DNA from: Eledone cirrhosa
Lineage: Eukaryota
Direction of reading: 5' to 3'
NCBI GenBank assembly: GCA_964016885.1
Contig: OZ024744.1
Location: 118,606,001 to 118,670,000, forward strand
DNA: 64,000 nucleotides
Both the position numbers and the translations under genes were made by a program. Of this stretch, positions 50,326 through 62,604 are shown piece by piece; within the stretch, counting starts at the first letter, position 1, and each line of letters starts with the position of its first letter. The notes under the pieces are model-generated. The model had not been told where the DNA came from and searched no databases. It saw only the letters and a program-made list of their open reading frames with translations.

Positions 50326-52654
50326 CAGGAAAATCAATGATGGATTTGACTTTCTCCTTAAGTGGGCGAATACCATCTTTGTCAATGATGTGTCCCAGAA
50401 AATGAAGGGACACAACTCCGAACTCACATTTGCTGGGGTTGATAACAATTCCGTATTCACGCAAACGGGTGAATAGGAGAACCAGGTGTTTCTCATGTTC
50501 TTCATCAGAGCCGCTGGCCACCAGTAAGTCGTCAATGTATGCGTATACAAAAGGTAGATCTCTGGTGACTGTATCGATGAATCACCGGAATGTCTGTGCT
50601 GCATTACGCAAACCGAAAGGCATACGCAGAAATTCGAACATTCCAAAGGGTGTCGTGACGGCAGTCTTAGGGATATCTGCGGGCTCAACGGGTATCTGAT
50701 TGTAAGCTCGCACAAGATCGATCTTCGAAAATATGCGAGCCCCGTGCAGCGAGCAAGAGAAGTCCTGTAAATGAGGCACTTCATAAGAGTCAGGAACGGT
50801 GCAGTTGTTCAGTGCACGGTAGTCGCCACAGATTCACCAGTCGTTCGACGACTCTTTGGGTACTGTGTATGGGTGAGGACCAGTTGCTGCTGGACGGACG
50901 TATGATGCCGAGATCCAGCATGTGCTGAAATTCTTGTTTGACGGACTTCAGCCGGTCTGGTGGTAGCCTTCTAGGTCGTGTAGCGACAGGTGGGCCGTGT
51001 GTTTTATGTGGTGTGTGACATCATGTTTTACAGGGCAAGCGTTGAATAGGGGTTGTTGTTGCTGATCGTGAAATGACTGGACTGACTGTGGCTGTCCTAG
51101 CGGCTATGCCGCGCACAGTGAGACCGTGGAGTTGTCAACGAGCTGTTGGTTTTTCAGGTCCACTAGCAGTGAGAAGTGCTGAAGAAAATCAGCTCCTAAA
51201 ATAGGGGTCGGCAGCTTAGCCACAACGAATACCCACTGGAAAGTGCGGCGTAGTCCCAAATTTAATGTCAGGGACTGTTCTCCGTAGGTCGGAATATGTG
51301 AGTGATTCACCGCATGGAGCCATATTGGTGTCTCTTTCTTTTTCCAGGAAAGCAGGAAACCGAGATGATGCTGACTTCAGCACCGGTGTCGACCAGGAAA
51401 CGCGTGTCTGTAACGCGATCCTGAATGAAAAATAGGCGACTTTGATTATGAGGGCCAGAAACGTCCGTCGCATTCAGTTTCTGGCTGTGACATTTCCCTG
51501 ATTCGACAAATGAACAGGGATGGCTGCACTTTTGCGCTCGTCTCCCGAATTTTTGGTGGTACCAACACATTTCTGGTGAATCTCGAGATGCGCTCGGACT
51601 TCTTGAGCGACCACCAAATCAGCGAGTTCGACTGTTGGACCGACGCGTGGCAGGGTTATCCAGTGACAAGGCCTGAATTTGTTGCGTCAAGGCCTGTATC
51701 TGTTTTGCCTGCTGTGCCAGTAACTGGTGTAGATCGGACATCTCTGTGGCACTGGAGGGCTGAAGAAAAGGATTGGTGGGAGGCACGGCTGGCGTCACAT
51801 TCGCTAAAGTTGAGTGCGGATGTGGTACCTTCAAGATCTTATCTGCCAGCTCGGCGAGTTCTTCTATGGTGGTGGACTCCCTGGTGGATGCTAGTACAAC
51901 TTGTGTGGCAGAAGGTAAACGTTGGAGGAAGAGTTGCTTGAAAATTTCATCTGGGAGTTTATGTTCTCCCAGGAGCTGCTTCATTCACCGTAGGAGTTGC
52001 GTCGGCTTTTTATCTCCTAATTCCTCCAATATGAGGAGATGGTGCAAACGCTTCTGCTGCGACTCCAACGTCCTCTTAATTAATGTTGTTTGACACAGAG
52101 CCGGGTGGTGCTAAAATGAGGTCTCGAACCTCATTCATAATCTCCGGAGACATCGAACCGATGAGATGTGTGAGACGGGATGCCTCGCTAACGATCCGGT
52201 TCGATGGGAACTGCGCTTCGATGTGCGTGAACCACGGGTTTGGATCGTGCACCCAGAATGGTGGAATTCTTAATGTAAATGCCGCCCGGACTGCCATTTC
52301 TGCCGTAGATGAATCGTCGTGGGCTAGAAACATCGTTTGTAGTGGATATTCAGTAGGTTGTGTGTCTGTTTTACGGGGTCACCAGTTGTAACGAATTGAA
52401 GGGTTGAAGTCAGAAGGATAGATATATCCTCTGACCTTTGGTTAGTATCTCCCAAGGGATTGGTTTGCCAAGTGTAGACAACTCAGAAAGATGGATATAA
52501 CCTCTGACCTATTTTCTGCTAGGCGTAAAACACCCCTGACCTGTGTTTAGCATCTCCCAAGGGATTAGACTGTTGAGCGTAAACAACTTACCAAGGCTTG
52601 TCACAGATGCGGGAAAGCTCAGATTCGATTTCGAATTTTCGCCGCCTTTATACA
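50326..52654 (-). mobile_element. Ty3/Gypsy LTR retrotransposon, decayed 5' half (LTR, PBS, gag, protease, RT)
   Basis: gag LRIPPFWVHDPNPWFTHIEAQF and CWYHQKFG..AQKC; protease FLVDTGAEVS; [46 protein letters not shown]; multiple frameshifts; truncated before RNase H/integrase; LTR ~52387-52654. Confidence 0.93.
52374..52384 (-). promoter_or_regulatory. Primer-binding site, tRNA-Trp type
   Basis: TGGTGACCCCG 2 nt after the LTR end (...TTACA); complementary to the 3' end of animal tRNA-Trp (CGGGGUCA-CCA). Confidence 0.8.
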
Positions 52655-53965
52655 GGATTAGAAGAGACTGGACGTTTAGAGAGCTGATACCTCTGTGGAG
52701 GAGGATAGTCTCATAGTGTGATAGCCAGGATTAGAACAGACTGGATGTTTAGAGAGCTGATACCTCTGTGGAGGGGGATAGTGTCATAGTCAGGATTAGA
52801 ACAGACTGGATGTTTAGAGAGCTGATACCTCTGTGGAGGGGGATAGTGTGATAATGTGATAGCCAGGATTAGAACAGACTGGATGTTTAGAGAGCTGATA
52901 CATCTATGGAGGGGGATAGTCTTATAGTGTGATAGCCAGGAATAGAAGAGACTGGAAGAAGTTTAGAGAGCTGATACCTCTGTGGAGGGGGATAGTCTTA
53001 TAGTGAGAAAGCCAGGATTAGAAGAGACTGGGAGAAATTTAGAGAGCTGATAGCTCTGTGGAGAAGGATAGTGTGATAGTGTGATAGCCAGGATTAGAAG
53101 AGACTGGAAGAAATTTAGTGAGCTGATGCCTCTGTAGAGGGTGATAGTGTGATAGTGTGATAGCCAGGATTAGAAAAGACTGGAAGTTTAGAGAGCTGAT
53201 ACCTCTGTGGAGGAGGATAGTGTGATAGTGTGATAGCCAGGATTAGAAAAGACTTCAAGATTAGAGAGCTGATACCTCTGTGGAGGGGGATAGTGTGATA
53301 GTGTGACACCCAGTATTAGAAGAGACTGGAAAGAAATTTAGAGCGCTGATAGTTCTGTGGAGGAGGATAGTCTGATAGTGTCATAGACAGCATTGGAACA
53401 GACTGGAAGTTTAGAGAGCTGATGCCCCTGTGGAGGAGGATTGTCTGACAGTGTGATAGCCAGAATTAGAACAGACTAGAAGAAGTTTAGAGAGATGATA
53501 GCTCTGTGAAGGGGGATTGTCTGACAGTGTGATAGCCAGAATTAGAACAGACTAGAAGAAGTTTAGAGAGATGATACCTCTGTGGAGGGAGAGAGTAAGA
53601 TAGCCAGGACTAGAACAAGTTTAGCGGGCTGATACCTCTGTGGAGGGGGATAGTGTGATAGTGTGACACCCAGTATTAGAAGAGACTGGAAGAAGTTTAG
53701 AGAGCTGATAACTCTGTGGAGGAGGATAAGCTGATAGTGTGATAGCCAGGATTAGAAGAGACTGGAAGAAATTTCAAGAGCTGATACCTCTGTTGAGGGG
53801 GATAATGTGATAGTGTGATAGCCAAGATTAGTACAGACATGAACTTTAGAGAGCTGATCACTTTATAGAGGAGGATTATCTGATAGTGTGATAGCCATGA
53901 TTAGAACAGAATGGAAGAAGTTTATAGAGGTGATACCTCTGTGGAGGAGGATAGTGTAATAGTGT

Positions 53966-54365
53966 TATAACAAAATACTGGTGTGTATGAATATAACAAG
54001 AGACGTGGTTATGTGTATAAAGTTTAATTAACAAGTTGAAGTTATGTAGAATAGTATAGTTGACATGTCCATGAGTAGATGAAAGAATGAAGTAAAGTTA
54101 TTTGTTACCGTTTTGAAGTTAGCTCGCAAGTTACCATGTTAGGGTTGCCAGTCGAACGGCCAGGCAGGTTAGAAGGCCAGGAGCCGAGCCGAAAGGCAAA
54201 TGAGAGGTAGAGAGCTGAAAGTTATTCTCTTTATAGGTCCTGGGACGGAAGTGACAAAAAGGGCTCTGCCACCCCAACGGGAAGCAACTCCAGCTACTTC
54301 CTGTCTAGAGAGCGTTACTCTATTGGTGATGTGATCGTCACATCAAGGAGGCAACTCTTGCTACA
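53966..54365 (-). mobile_element. Solo LTR (400 bp) with 4-bp TSD
   Basis: Minus strand TGTAGC...GTTATA; TSD GTGT (53962-53965 / 54366-54369); CCAAT, then TATAAA, then ATTAAA in order on the minus strand; homologous to 58168-58503. Confidence 0.8.
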
Positions 54366-55980
54366 GTGTGATAGCCAGGATAAGAAGAGACTCAAAGAAA
54401 TTTAGTTGAGGAGGATAGTCTGTTGAGGAGGATAGTCTGATAGTGCGATAGAACAGACTGGAAGTTTAGAGAGCTGATACCTCTATGGAGGAGGATAGTG
54501 TGATACTCTGATGGCCAGGATTAGTACAGACTGGAAGTTTAGAGAGCTGATAACTTTGTGGAGGAGGATTGTCTGATAGGGTGATAGCCATGATTAGAAC
54601 AGAATGGCAGTAGTTTAGAGAGCCCATACCTCTATGGAGGGGGATAGTCTGATAGTGTGATAGCCAGAATTAGAAAGACTGGAAGTTGAGAGAGCTGATA
54701 CATCTGTGGAGAGGTATAGTCTGATAGGTTTATAGCCAGGATTAGAACAGACTTGAAGTTTAGAGAGCTGATACCTCTCTGGAAGAGGTTAGTGTGATTG
54801 TGTGATAGCCAGGAATAGAAGAGACTAGAAATTTAGAGAACTTATACCTCTGTCGGGAAGGATAGTATGATAGTGTGATAGCCAGGATTAGAAAAGACTG
54901 GAAGTTGAGAGAGTTGATACCTCTGTGGAGGAGGATAGTTTGATAGCTAGGATTATAACAGGCTAGAAGTTTAGAGAGCTGATACCTCTGTGGAGGAGGA
55001 TATTGTGATAGTGTGATAGCCAGGATTAGAAAAGACTGGTAGATGTTTAGAGAGCTGATTCTTCTGTGGAGGAGGATAGTCTGACAGCGTGATAGCCAGG
55101 ATTATAACAGGCTAGAAGTTTAGAGAGCTGATACCTCTGTGGAGGAGGATACTCAAGATAGTGTGATAGCCAGGATTAGAAGAGACTGGAAAAAATTTAG
55201 AGAGCTGATACCTCTATGGAAGGGGATAGTGTGATAATTTGACGCCCAGGATTAGTACAGACTGGAACATTAGAGATCTGATAACTTTGTGGAGGGGGAT
55301 TTTCTGATAGCCATGATTAGAACACATTGGCAGTAGTTTAGAGAGCCCATACCTCTGAGCAGGAGGATAGTCTGATAGTGTGATAGCCAGGATTAGAACA
55401 GACTAGAAGAAGTTTAGAGAGCTGACACCTGTTTGGGGGAGGATAGTCTGATAGTGACATAGACAGGATTAGAAAAGACTGGAAGTTTTTAGAGCTGATA
55501 CCTCTCTGGAGGGGGATAGAGTGATAGTGTGATGGCCAGGATTAGTACAGACTGGAAGTTTAGAGAGCTGATAACTTTGTGGAGGAGGATTGTCTGATAG
55601 TGTGATAGCCAGGATTAGAACAGCATGGCAGTAGTTTAGAGAGCCCATACCACTGTGGAGGAGGATACTCTGATAGTGTGATAGCCAGAATTAGAAAGAC
55701 TGGAACTTGAGAGGGCTGATACCTCTGTGGAGAGGTATAGTCTGATAGGTTTATAGCCAGGATTAGAACAGACTTGAAGTTTAGAGAGCCGATACCTCTG
55801 TGGAGGAGGATAGTGTGATAGCCAGGATTTCAACAGACTAGAAGTTTAGAGAGCTGAAACCTCTGTGGAGGAGGATAGTCTGATAGTGTGATAGCCAGGA
55901 TTAGAACAGAATCGAAGAAGTTTAGAGAGCTGATACCTCTGTGGAGACCTAATATCTTTGTGGAAAGGGATAATGAGATA

Positions 55981-57349
55981 TATTTCTTTATTAGCCACAA
56001 GGGCGCACAAGAAAAGAGGACAATACAAACACATGCCGGGGATTTTACATAGTCGTGTAAAAAATATAAAAACAAACAATTACAACAATCGAAATCCCCA
56101 ATAGGGGGGAGGCGCCACAAATGGGTTGTTTAATACCCCGTCGATAGAACAACCCTCAACTCAAGGAGCGTGTTGTGCAAGTGCTCCTTTCTTCCTTTTG
56201 CTCTCTTCCTCAACCTACAGGCTTATAAACAGAGAAGGCCCAATCACTCGGGCCATTTTTGCTTCATTCACCCACCTTTCAGTAAATTTACTGGGGTGCA
56301 GTGCCTCTCTCTCCACCCTGATTCTCCTTCTAAAGTGATATTTAAAGAAGGGAATCAATTGTTGTCCGGAGAGAAAGGCATCTGTCCTCAGTCCTCTCAA
56401 CCTTGTCCACCATATAACTTCTTTCACCATAGCCACCGTACAGAGGAAAACCGCCTCTCTTTCGTTTTTGAAAGAGGCTGGCGGTTTGATCCTTACTATG
56501 GACTTGGCAGTCAACTGGATTTGTCCCATACATGACAGCAGTTGTTCTGCATAGTTCCACAGGGACAGGTCAGTTGCGTCCGGGCAGTGTACAATTGCAT
56601 GCAGGACTGTTTCAATGTTCTGCGCGCATATTGGACACGTCCTCTTGGAAGGATCCCTGCCGGGGCGTCCGTGGCTGTAGATCTTGTCACGAACTGGTAG
56701 AGCTCCTCGGTAGCACTGCCAGGCCAGGGACCTCTGGAAGTTGTCCATAGGAAAGTCCTACCAAACAGACTGGTGAGCTAATCGTCTTCGACGCCCCTAG
56801 TCTCTCCGAGCACGTCGTCGCCCTTGTAACGTACAATCCCTCTATAGAATGTCGAAGTCGAGTCTCCACAGATTGTTGCGCCCGCTTGCCAGAGGACTGT
56901 GAGCGCCTGAGCGCATTCAATGTGCCAGGCGCCCATCGTTTTCGGTCTTTTCTTGACCCAGGATTGCAGCTCGGTCAGCGAGACGAGCTGTGGGAAAGCC
57001 GGTCTCACAAACTGTGCCCACACCGGTTGGGAGTCAGTGAGGAATACCTGGAGATGCCGCAGCCTCAGCGCATGTTTGCACATCATCAGCCACGGCATTC
57101 CCAACCCTCCGTTGTAAGGGGGCTGACAGCAGACGGACCTCCTCACCAGCAGAGCCTGCTTCTTCCACAGAAACTGGAAGAGCATGCGTTCCATCTTGGT
57201 GAGGTGTTCACGGGGACAAGGCACGACAGTCAAGCGGTAGTAGATGACGGACGCTATGAAAGTGTTTGCCACCTCCGCTCAACCTTTCAAGGACAGTTTG
57301 CACTCCACCCACTTCTGGGTGAGTGGAAACACCTTGGCCGTGACCTCGT
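55981..57349 (-). mobile_element. 5'-truncated, decayed Tx1-group LINE of a sister family
   Basis: ORFs 56778-57272 and 56215-56748 align to the ORF2 C-terminus of the full-length copies (IASVIYYRLTVVPCP, DNFQRSLAWQCYRGALPVRD, CPIC..H..HC); 3' end AATAAAGAAATA; 11-bp TSD ATAATG(A/T)GATA at 55970-55980 / 57350-57360. Confidence 0.92.
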
Positions 57350-57545
57350 ATAATGTGATAGTGTGATAGCCAGGATTATAACAGACTGGAAGTTTAGAAA
57401 GCTGATACCTCTGTGGGGAAGGATAGTCTGATAGTATGATAGCCAGGACTAGAAAAGACTGGAAGAAGTTTATAGGGCTGATACCTCTGTGGAGGGGGAT
57501 ATGCTGATAGTGTGATAGCCAGGATTAGAAGAGACTGGATGAAGT

Positions 57546-58503
57546 TATAGCATTTTACTGGGTTGTATAAGTATAACAAGAGACGTGGTTTGTGTGTATA
57601 ATATTTAATTAACAACGTTATCTCTGGCGTGTGGTTATCTCCGTGATTCGAGAATTCTGCTGCCTACACGTGCCAAAACAAGGTTAAGTTGAAAAAAAAA
57701 AATTTCTATTGCACGAAAATGATAGTGCAACAGGTCGTTGGCAGCCATTTTGAAAAAATGTGTGTGTGAAAGTGACAATGATGAAAAGAAAGAAAGGCTT
57801 CACTTAGTATAACAAATATGGCGAGTTCAATTTTTTTTTTGTGAACGATGAAAAAAAACTTGAACGATGAAGAAAACGATGAAAAAAAGCAATAGTTGAG
57901 ATTCATCGAAAATAAATGTTCATGTTGAAATGTTTAAAAAAAAAAATCAAATTTCTTTTTGTTTTTGAAGTGTTCGTTGTAAGAAGAAACGAAAAACATA
58001 TATATATACAGTGAAATGCGACAGTTAGTTGCTGCGTGAGAGAAAAAGAATCTGCCTGAACGAGAATTTCACATGTGCGTGTGTTCGTTTCTGTGTCTGC
58101 GTATTTTTATGTTTGTCAATAAAATTTGCAGATTCTGCTATTTTTTTCTTTTTTCGGGGTCAACACTTATAGCATTTTACTGGGTTGTATAAGTATAACA
58201 AGAGAGGTGGTTTGTGTGTATAATATTTAATTAACAATTTGTGGATATATAGAACAGTATAGTTGACATGTCAATGAATAGATGAGAGAATGAAGCAAAG
58301 TTATTAGTTACCGTTTGGTTGCCAGGCGAACGCACCTGGGCGAAGGCCAGGAGCCGAAAGGGCAAATGAGAGATAGGGAGCTTAAAGTTATTCCCTTTAT
58401 AGGGTTGGAACGGAAGTTACAGAAAGGGTTCTACTTCCTATCTAGAGAGCGTTAATCTATTGGTGATGTGAGCGTCACAACACGGGAGGCAACTCCTGCT
58501 ACA
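57546..58503 (-). mobile_element. Internally deleted LTR retrotransposon (5' LTR 58168-58503, PBS 58155-58165, leader, last ~70 bp of 3' LTR at 57546-57615)
   Basis: 57546-57615 duplicates 58168-58237; PBS TGTTGACCCCG (1 mismatch to tRNA-Trp PBS); TSD AAGT (57542-57545 / 58504-58507). Confidence 0.8.
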
Positions 58504-59782
58504 AAGTTTATAAGGCTGATACCTGTTTGGAGGAGGATAGTGTGATAGTGTAAAAGCCAGGATTAGAACAGACTCGAAGTTTTTAGAGCTGATACCTCTC
58601 TGGAGTGGGACAGAGTGATAGTGTGATAGCCGGGATTGGAAAAGAATGGAAGTTTAGAGAGCTGATACCTCTCTGGAGGAGAATAGTGTGATAATGTGAT
58701 GGCCAGGATTAGTACAGAGCTGATAACTTTGTGGAGGAAGATTGACTGATAGTGTGATAGCCAGGATTAGAACAGAATGGCAGTAGTTTAGAGAGCCCAT
58801 ACCACTGTGGCGGAGGATAGTCTGATAGTGGATAGCCAGGATTAGAACAGACTGGAAGTTTAGAGAGCTGATATATCTATGGAGGAGGATAGTGTGATTG
58901 TGTGATAGCCAGGATTAGAAGAGACTGGAAGAAATTTAGAGGGCTGATACCAATGTGGAGGAGGATAAGGTGATAGTGTGATAGCCAGGATTAGAACAGA
59001 CTAGAAGTTTAGAGAGCTGATACCTCTGTGGAGGGGTATAGTCTTATAGTGTGATAGCCTTGATTAGAACAGACTGGACGTTTAGAGAGCTGATACCTCT
59101 GTGGAGGGGTATAGTCTTATAGTGTGATAGCCTTGATTAGAACAGACTGGACGTTTAGAGAGCTGATACCTCTCTGGCGGGGGATAGTGTGATAGCCAGG
59201 ATTTGAACAGACTTGAAGTTTAGAGAGCTGATACCTCTGTGGAGGAGGATAGTCTGATAGTGTGATAGCCATGATTAGAACAGAATCGAAGAAGTTTAGA
59301 GAACTGATACCTCTGTGGAGGAGGATAGTGTCATAGTATGATAGCCAGGATTAGAACAGACTAGAAGTTTAGAGAGCTGATACCTCTTTCAATCAGGATA
59401 GTCTGATAGTGTGATAGCCAGGATTAGAAGAGATTGGAAGAAGTTTAGAGAGCTGATTCCTCTGTGGAGGAGGATAGTGTGATAGTATGATAGCCAGGAT
59501 TAGAGGAGACTGGAAGAAATTTAGAGGGCTGATTCCTCTGTGGAGGAGGATAAGGTGATTGTGTAATAGCCAAAATTAGAACAGATGGAGGGGGATAGTC
59601 ATATAGTGTGATAGCCAGGATTAGAACAGACTGGATGTTTAGAGACTTGATACCTTTGTGGAGGAGGATAGTGTGATAACCAGGATATGAACATATGGAG
59701 GTTTAGAAAGCTGATATCTCTGTGGAGGGGGATAATGTGACAGTTTCATAACCAGGATTGGAACAAACTTGAAGTTTAGAGA

Positions 59783-60185
59783 CAATCTCCATCTTGTTAA
59801 TTTATCCGACTCACTGTAAAAACAACAAATGGAACTGGACCTTATCAGCATTTCCACCTTTTCTATGGATTCGCCAGAATTATGGAATTTACATTTCAAC
59901 TAATACCTACCAACAGATTTAACTTGCTTTTTTCTTTTCAAAGCAATCAGCCATTTTTTCCTGGCTGCCTAGCACTTTCAGCAATACATCTGGGAGGCCG
60001 ACATTTTCTCGCCTACCCATCATCTTCTTGCCACCACTGGTAAACTACCATAACAGCTTTACCCACAGCTACTGTACAACATTTACCATTAACATTTAAT
60101 GCAAGAACAGCAACTTCGCCCATGTCAGACTTTATCCGTTTTCTGTTAGACCTTTGGTGGTCACGTATAAACTACAAAACAGCTA
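59783..60185 (-). mobile_element. Relic THAP-domain DNA transposon end (PIF/Harbinger/ISL2EU-like)
   Basis: Minus strand from ATG 60089 gives frameshifted KCCTVAVG ... RKKWLIALKRK ... CKFHNSGES ... DKV(P)SI, the order expected for THAP motifs; terminus TAGCTGTTTTGTAGTTATACGTGACC. Superfamily assignment is inference. Confidence 0.5.
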
Positions 60186-60343
60186 GTCATTTGACACAGC
60201 GGCTCAACACAGCCCTTAACGCCTCATTTTTCTTCTTGCGTGCATTCTTCTGTTGAATTATTTTTTCACTGATGTGCTCTGTCAGCATTTTCCTCTGCTG
60301 ATTCAATAATCTGTATCATCTTAATGACTAGAGGGGGAGTATT

Positions 60344-60740
60344 CTACATTCCGCGGGCTCACATACATTCTCTGTGCGTGATTTGGCTGAGCTCAGCCAA
60401 TCAGCACCGGTGGAAGAGAATGTATCTCTACGCGCCCCGAGGGAAAAATTCCCACGTGAATTTGAGAAATCACTCTCTTACACGCTGACTTCGAAAAGGT
60501 AAACACCTAACTTTCTTTCGTCATGAAATCACTAGCCAACATGTAACACAACAACTTAACCACGGCCTGGCAACACTTCAGCCAGTAGACCGAGCCTCCT
60601 GAATTCTTAATTTGTTTGTTTTATCTCTCTTGGCATGCCAGCTACTCAGCTATTCAGCTCTACTCAGCACAACCTTATTAATAAATAAGGTAAAACAAGC
60701 CAAAGTCGTTGTCGATATTCCAAATATCTTACTACCAAAC
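60344..60740. repeat. Dispersed repeat with internal palindrome, copy A
   Basis: ~400 bp collinear with 62207-62604; hairpin at 60363-60425. Confidence 0.75.
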
Positions 60741-62199
60741 TTTTACCACAGCAATGGCTTTAAATGTGATATGGAAGGATTCCTTCCAGGAGTATTATCA
60801 CAGCAGCAGCCTAACCTCAATTCTTCGTGGTGATACATCTACTCTTAAAACAGTCCTGTTAAAAACTGATGATCTTCGATGCAGGAGTATTTAGCCATGA
60901 AAAGCTAATTAAAAATATATATATACATCAATCCAGCTTTCTGTAAAAGGCTGATACCTCTGTGGAGGTGGATAGTGTGATAGCCAGGATTATAACAGAA
61001 TGGAGAAGTTTAGAGGGCTGTTACCTCTATGGTGGGGGATAGTCTTATAGTGTGATAGCCAGGATTAGAACAGACTGGCAGAAGTTTAGAGTGCTGATAC
61101 CTCTGTGGAGGAGGATACTGTGATAGTGTGATAGCCAAGAATAAAAGAGACTGCAAGAAATTTCGAGAGCTGATACCTCTGTGGAGGAATATACTGTGAT
61201 AGTGAAATAGCCAGGATTAGAAGAGACTGGAAGAAATTTAGAGAGCTGATAACTCTTTGGAGGAGGATAGTCTAATGATGTGATAGCCAGGATTAGAACA
61301 GACTAGAAGTTTAGAGAGCTGATACCTCTGTGGAGGGGGATAGTGTTATAGTGTGATAGCCAGGATTAGAAGAGGCTGGGAAGAAGTTTAGAGAGCTGAT
61401 ACCTCTGTGGAGGGGGATAGTGTCATAGTCAGGATTAGAAGAGACTGGAAGTTTAGAGAGCTGATACCTCTGTGGAGGAGGATGGTATGATAGCCAGGAT
61501 TGGAACAGATTAGAAGAAATTTAGAGAGCTGATACCTCTTTGTAGGAGCATTGTCTAATAGTGTGATAGCCAGGATTAGAACAGACTGGAAGTTTAGAGA
61601 GCTGGTACCTCTAAAGAGGAGGATAGTGTGCGAGCTGATACCTCTGTGGAGGGAAATAGTCAGATAGTGTGATAGCCAGGATTAGAACGGACAAGAAGTT
61701 TAGAGAGTTGATACCTTTGTGGAGGGGGATAGTGTGATAGCCTGGATTAGAAGAGCCTGGAAGAAGTTTACAGAGTTGATATCTCTGTGCAGGAGGATTG
61801 TCTTATAGTGTGATAGACAGGATTAGAACAGATGGGAAGTTTAGAGAGCTGATACCTCTGTAGAGAGTGATAGTTTGTTAGTGTGATAGCCAGAATTAAA
61901 CAGACTGGAATATTTGAGAGTTGATACATCTATAGAGGAGGATAGTGCGATAACCAGGATTAGAACAGACTGGAAGATTTTAGAGCTGATACCTCTCTGC
62001 AGGGGGATAGTTTGATATCAAGGATTAGAACAGACTGGAAGTTTAGAGAGCTGATACTTCTGTGGAGGGGATAGCGTGATAGCCAAGATTAGAACAGACT
62101 AGAAGTTTCGAGTGCTGATACCGCTGTGGAGAGGGATAGTCTTATAGTGTGATAGCCATGATTAAAACACACTGGAAGTTTAGAGAGCTGATACCTCTG

Positions 62200-62604
62200 T
62201 AGTGACCTACATTCCGCGGGCTCACATACATTCTCTGTGCGTGATTTGGCTCAGCTCAGCCAATCAGCGCCAGGGGAAGAGAATGTATCCCTACGCGTTC
62301 TGGGGGGAGAAATAGCCCGCGAAGATTTGAGAAATTAAAAAACTTGCAGCTTGACCATGCTAAGGTAAACACCACTTGTTCTTTTGCTCCGTAAGCACAA
62401 ACAATATGTAACGACCAACAATTTTACTACGGACCTGGCCAAATGCCTCAGCCAGTCGACCGTATTTTCTCTTGTAACCTTAATTGAATTATTTCATTAT
62501 TCTTGGCATGCCAACTTAATTCACTTCTTAACCTTTGTTAATAAATTATGTAAAAACAAGCTAAAGTCATTGTCGATATTCTTCTACCATATCTTTCTAC
62601 CAAA
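62200..62604. repeat. Dispersed repeat with internal palindrome, copy B (start of a ~1.7-kb non-satellite insert, probably DNA-transposon derived)
   Basis: Begins TAGTGACCTACATTCCGCGGG directly in the 73-bp satellite; no matching right terminus found. Confidence 0.7.

Larger units (their letters stand above)
52655..62199. repeat. Diverged ~73-bp satellite (61-76 bp variants), interrupted by four insertions; resumes at ~63925-64000
   Basis: Unit GTTTAGAGAGCTGATACCTCTGTGGAGGAGGATAGTGTGATAGTGTGATAGCCAGGATTAGAACAGACTGGAA. Confidence 0.95.
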
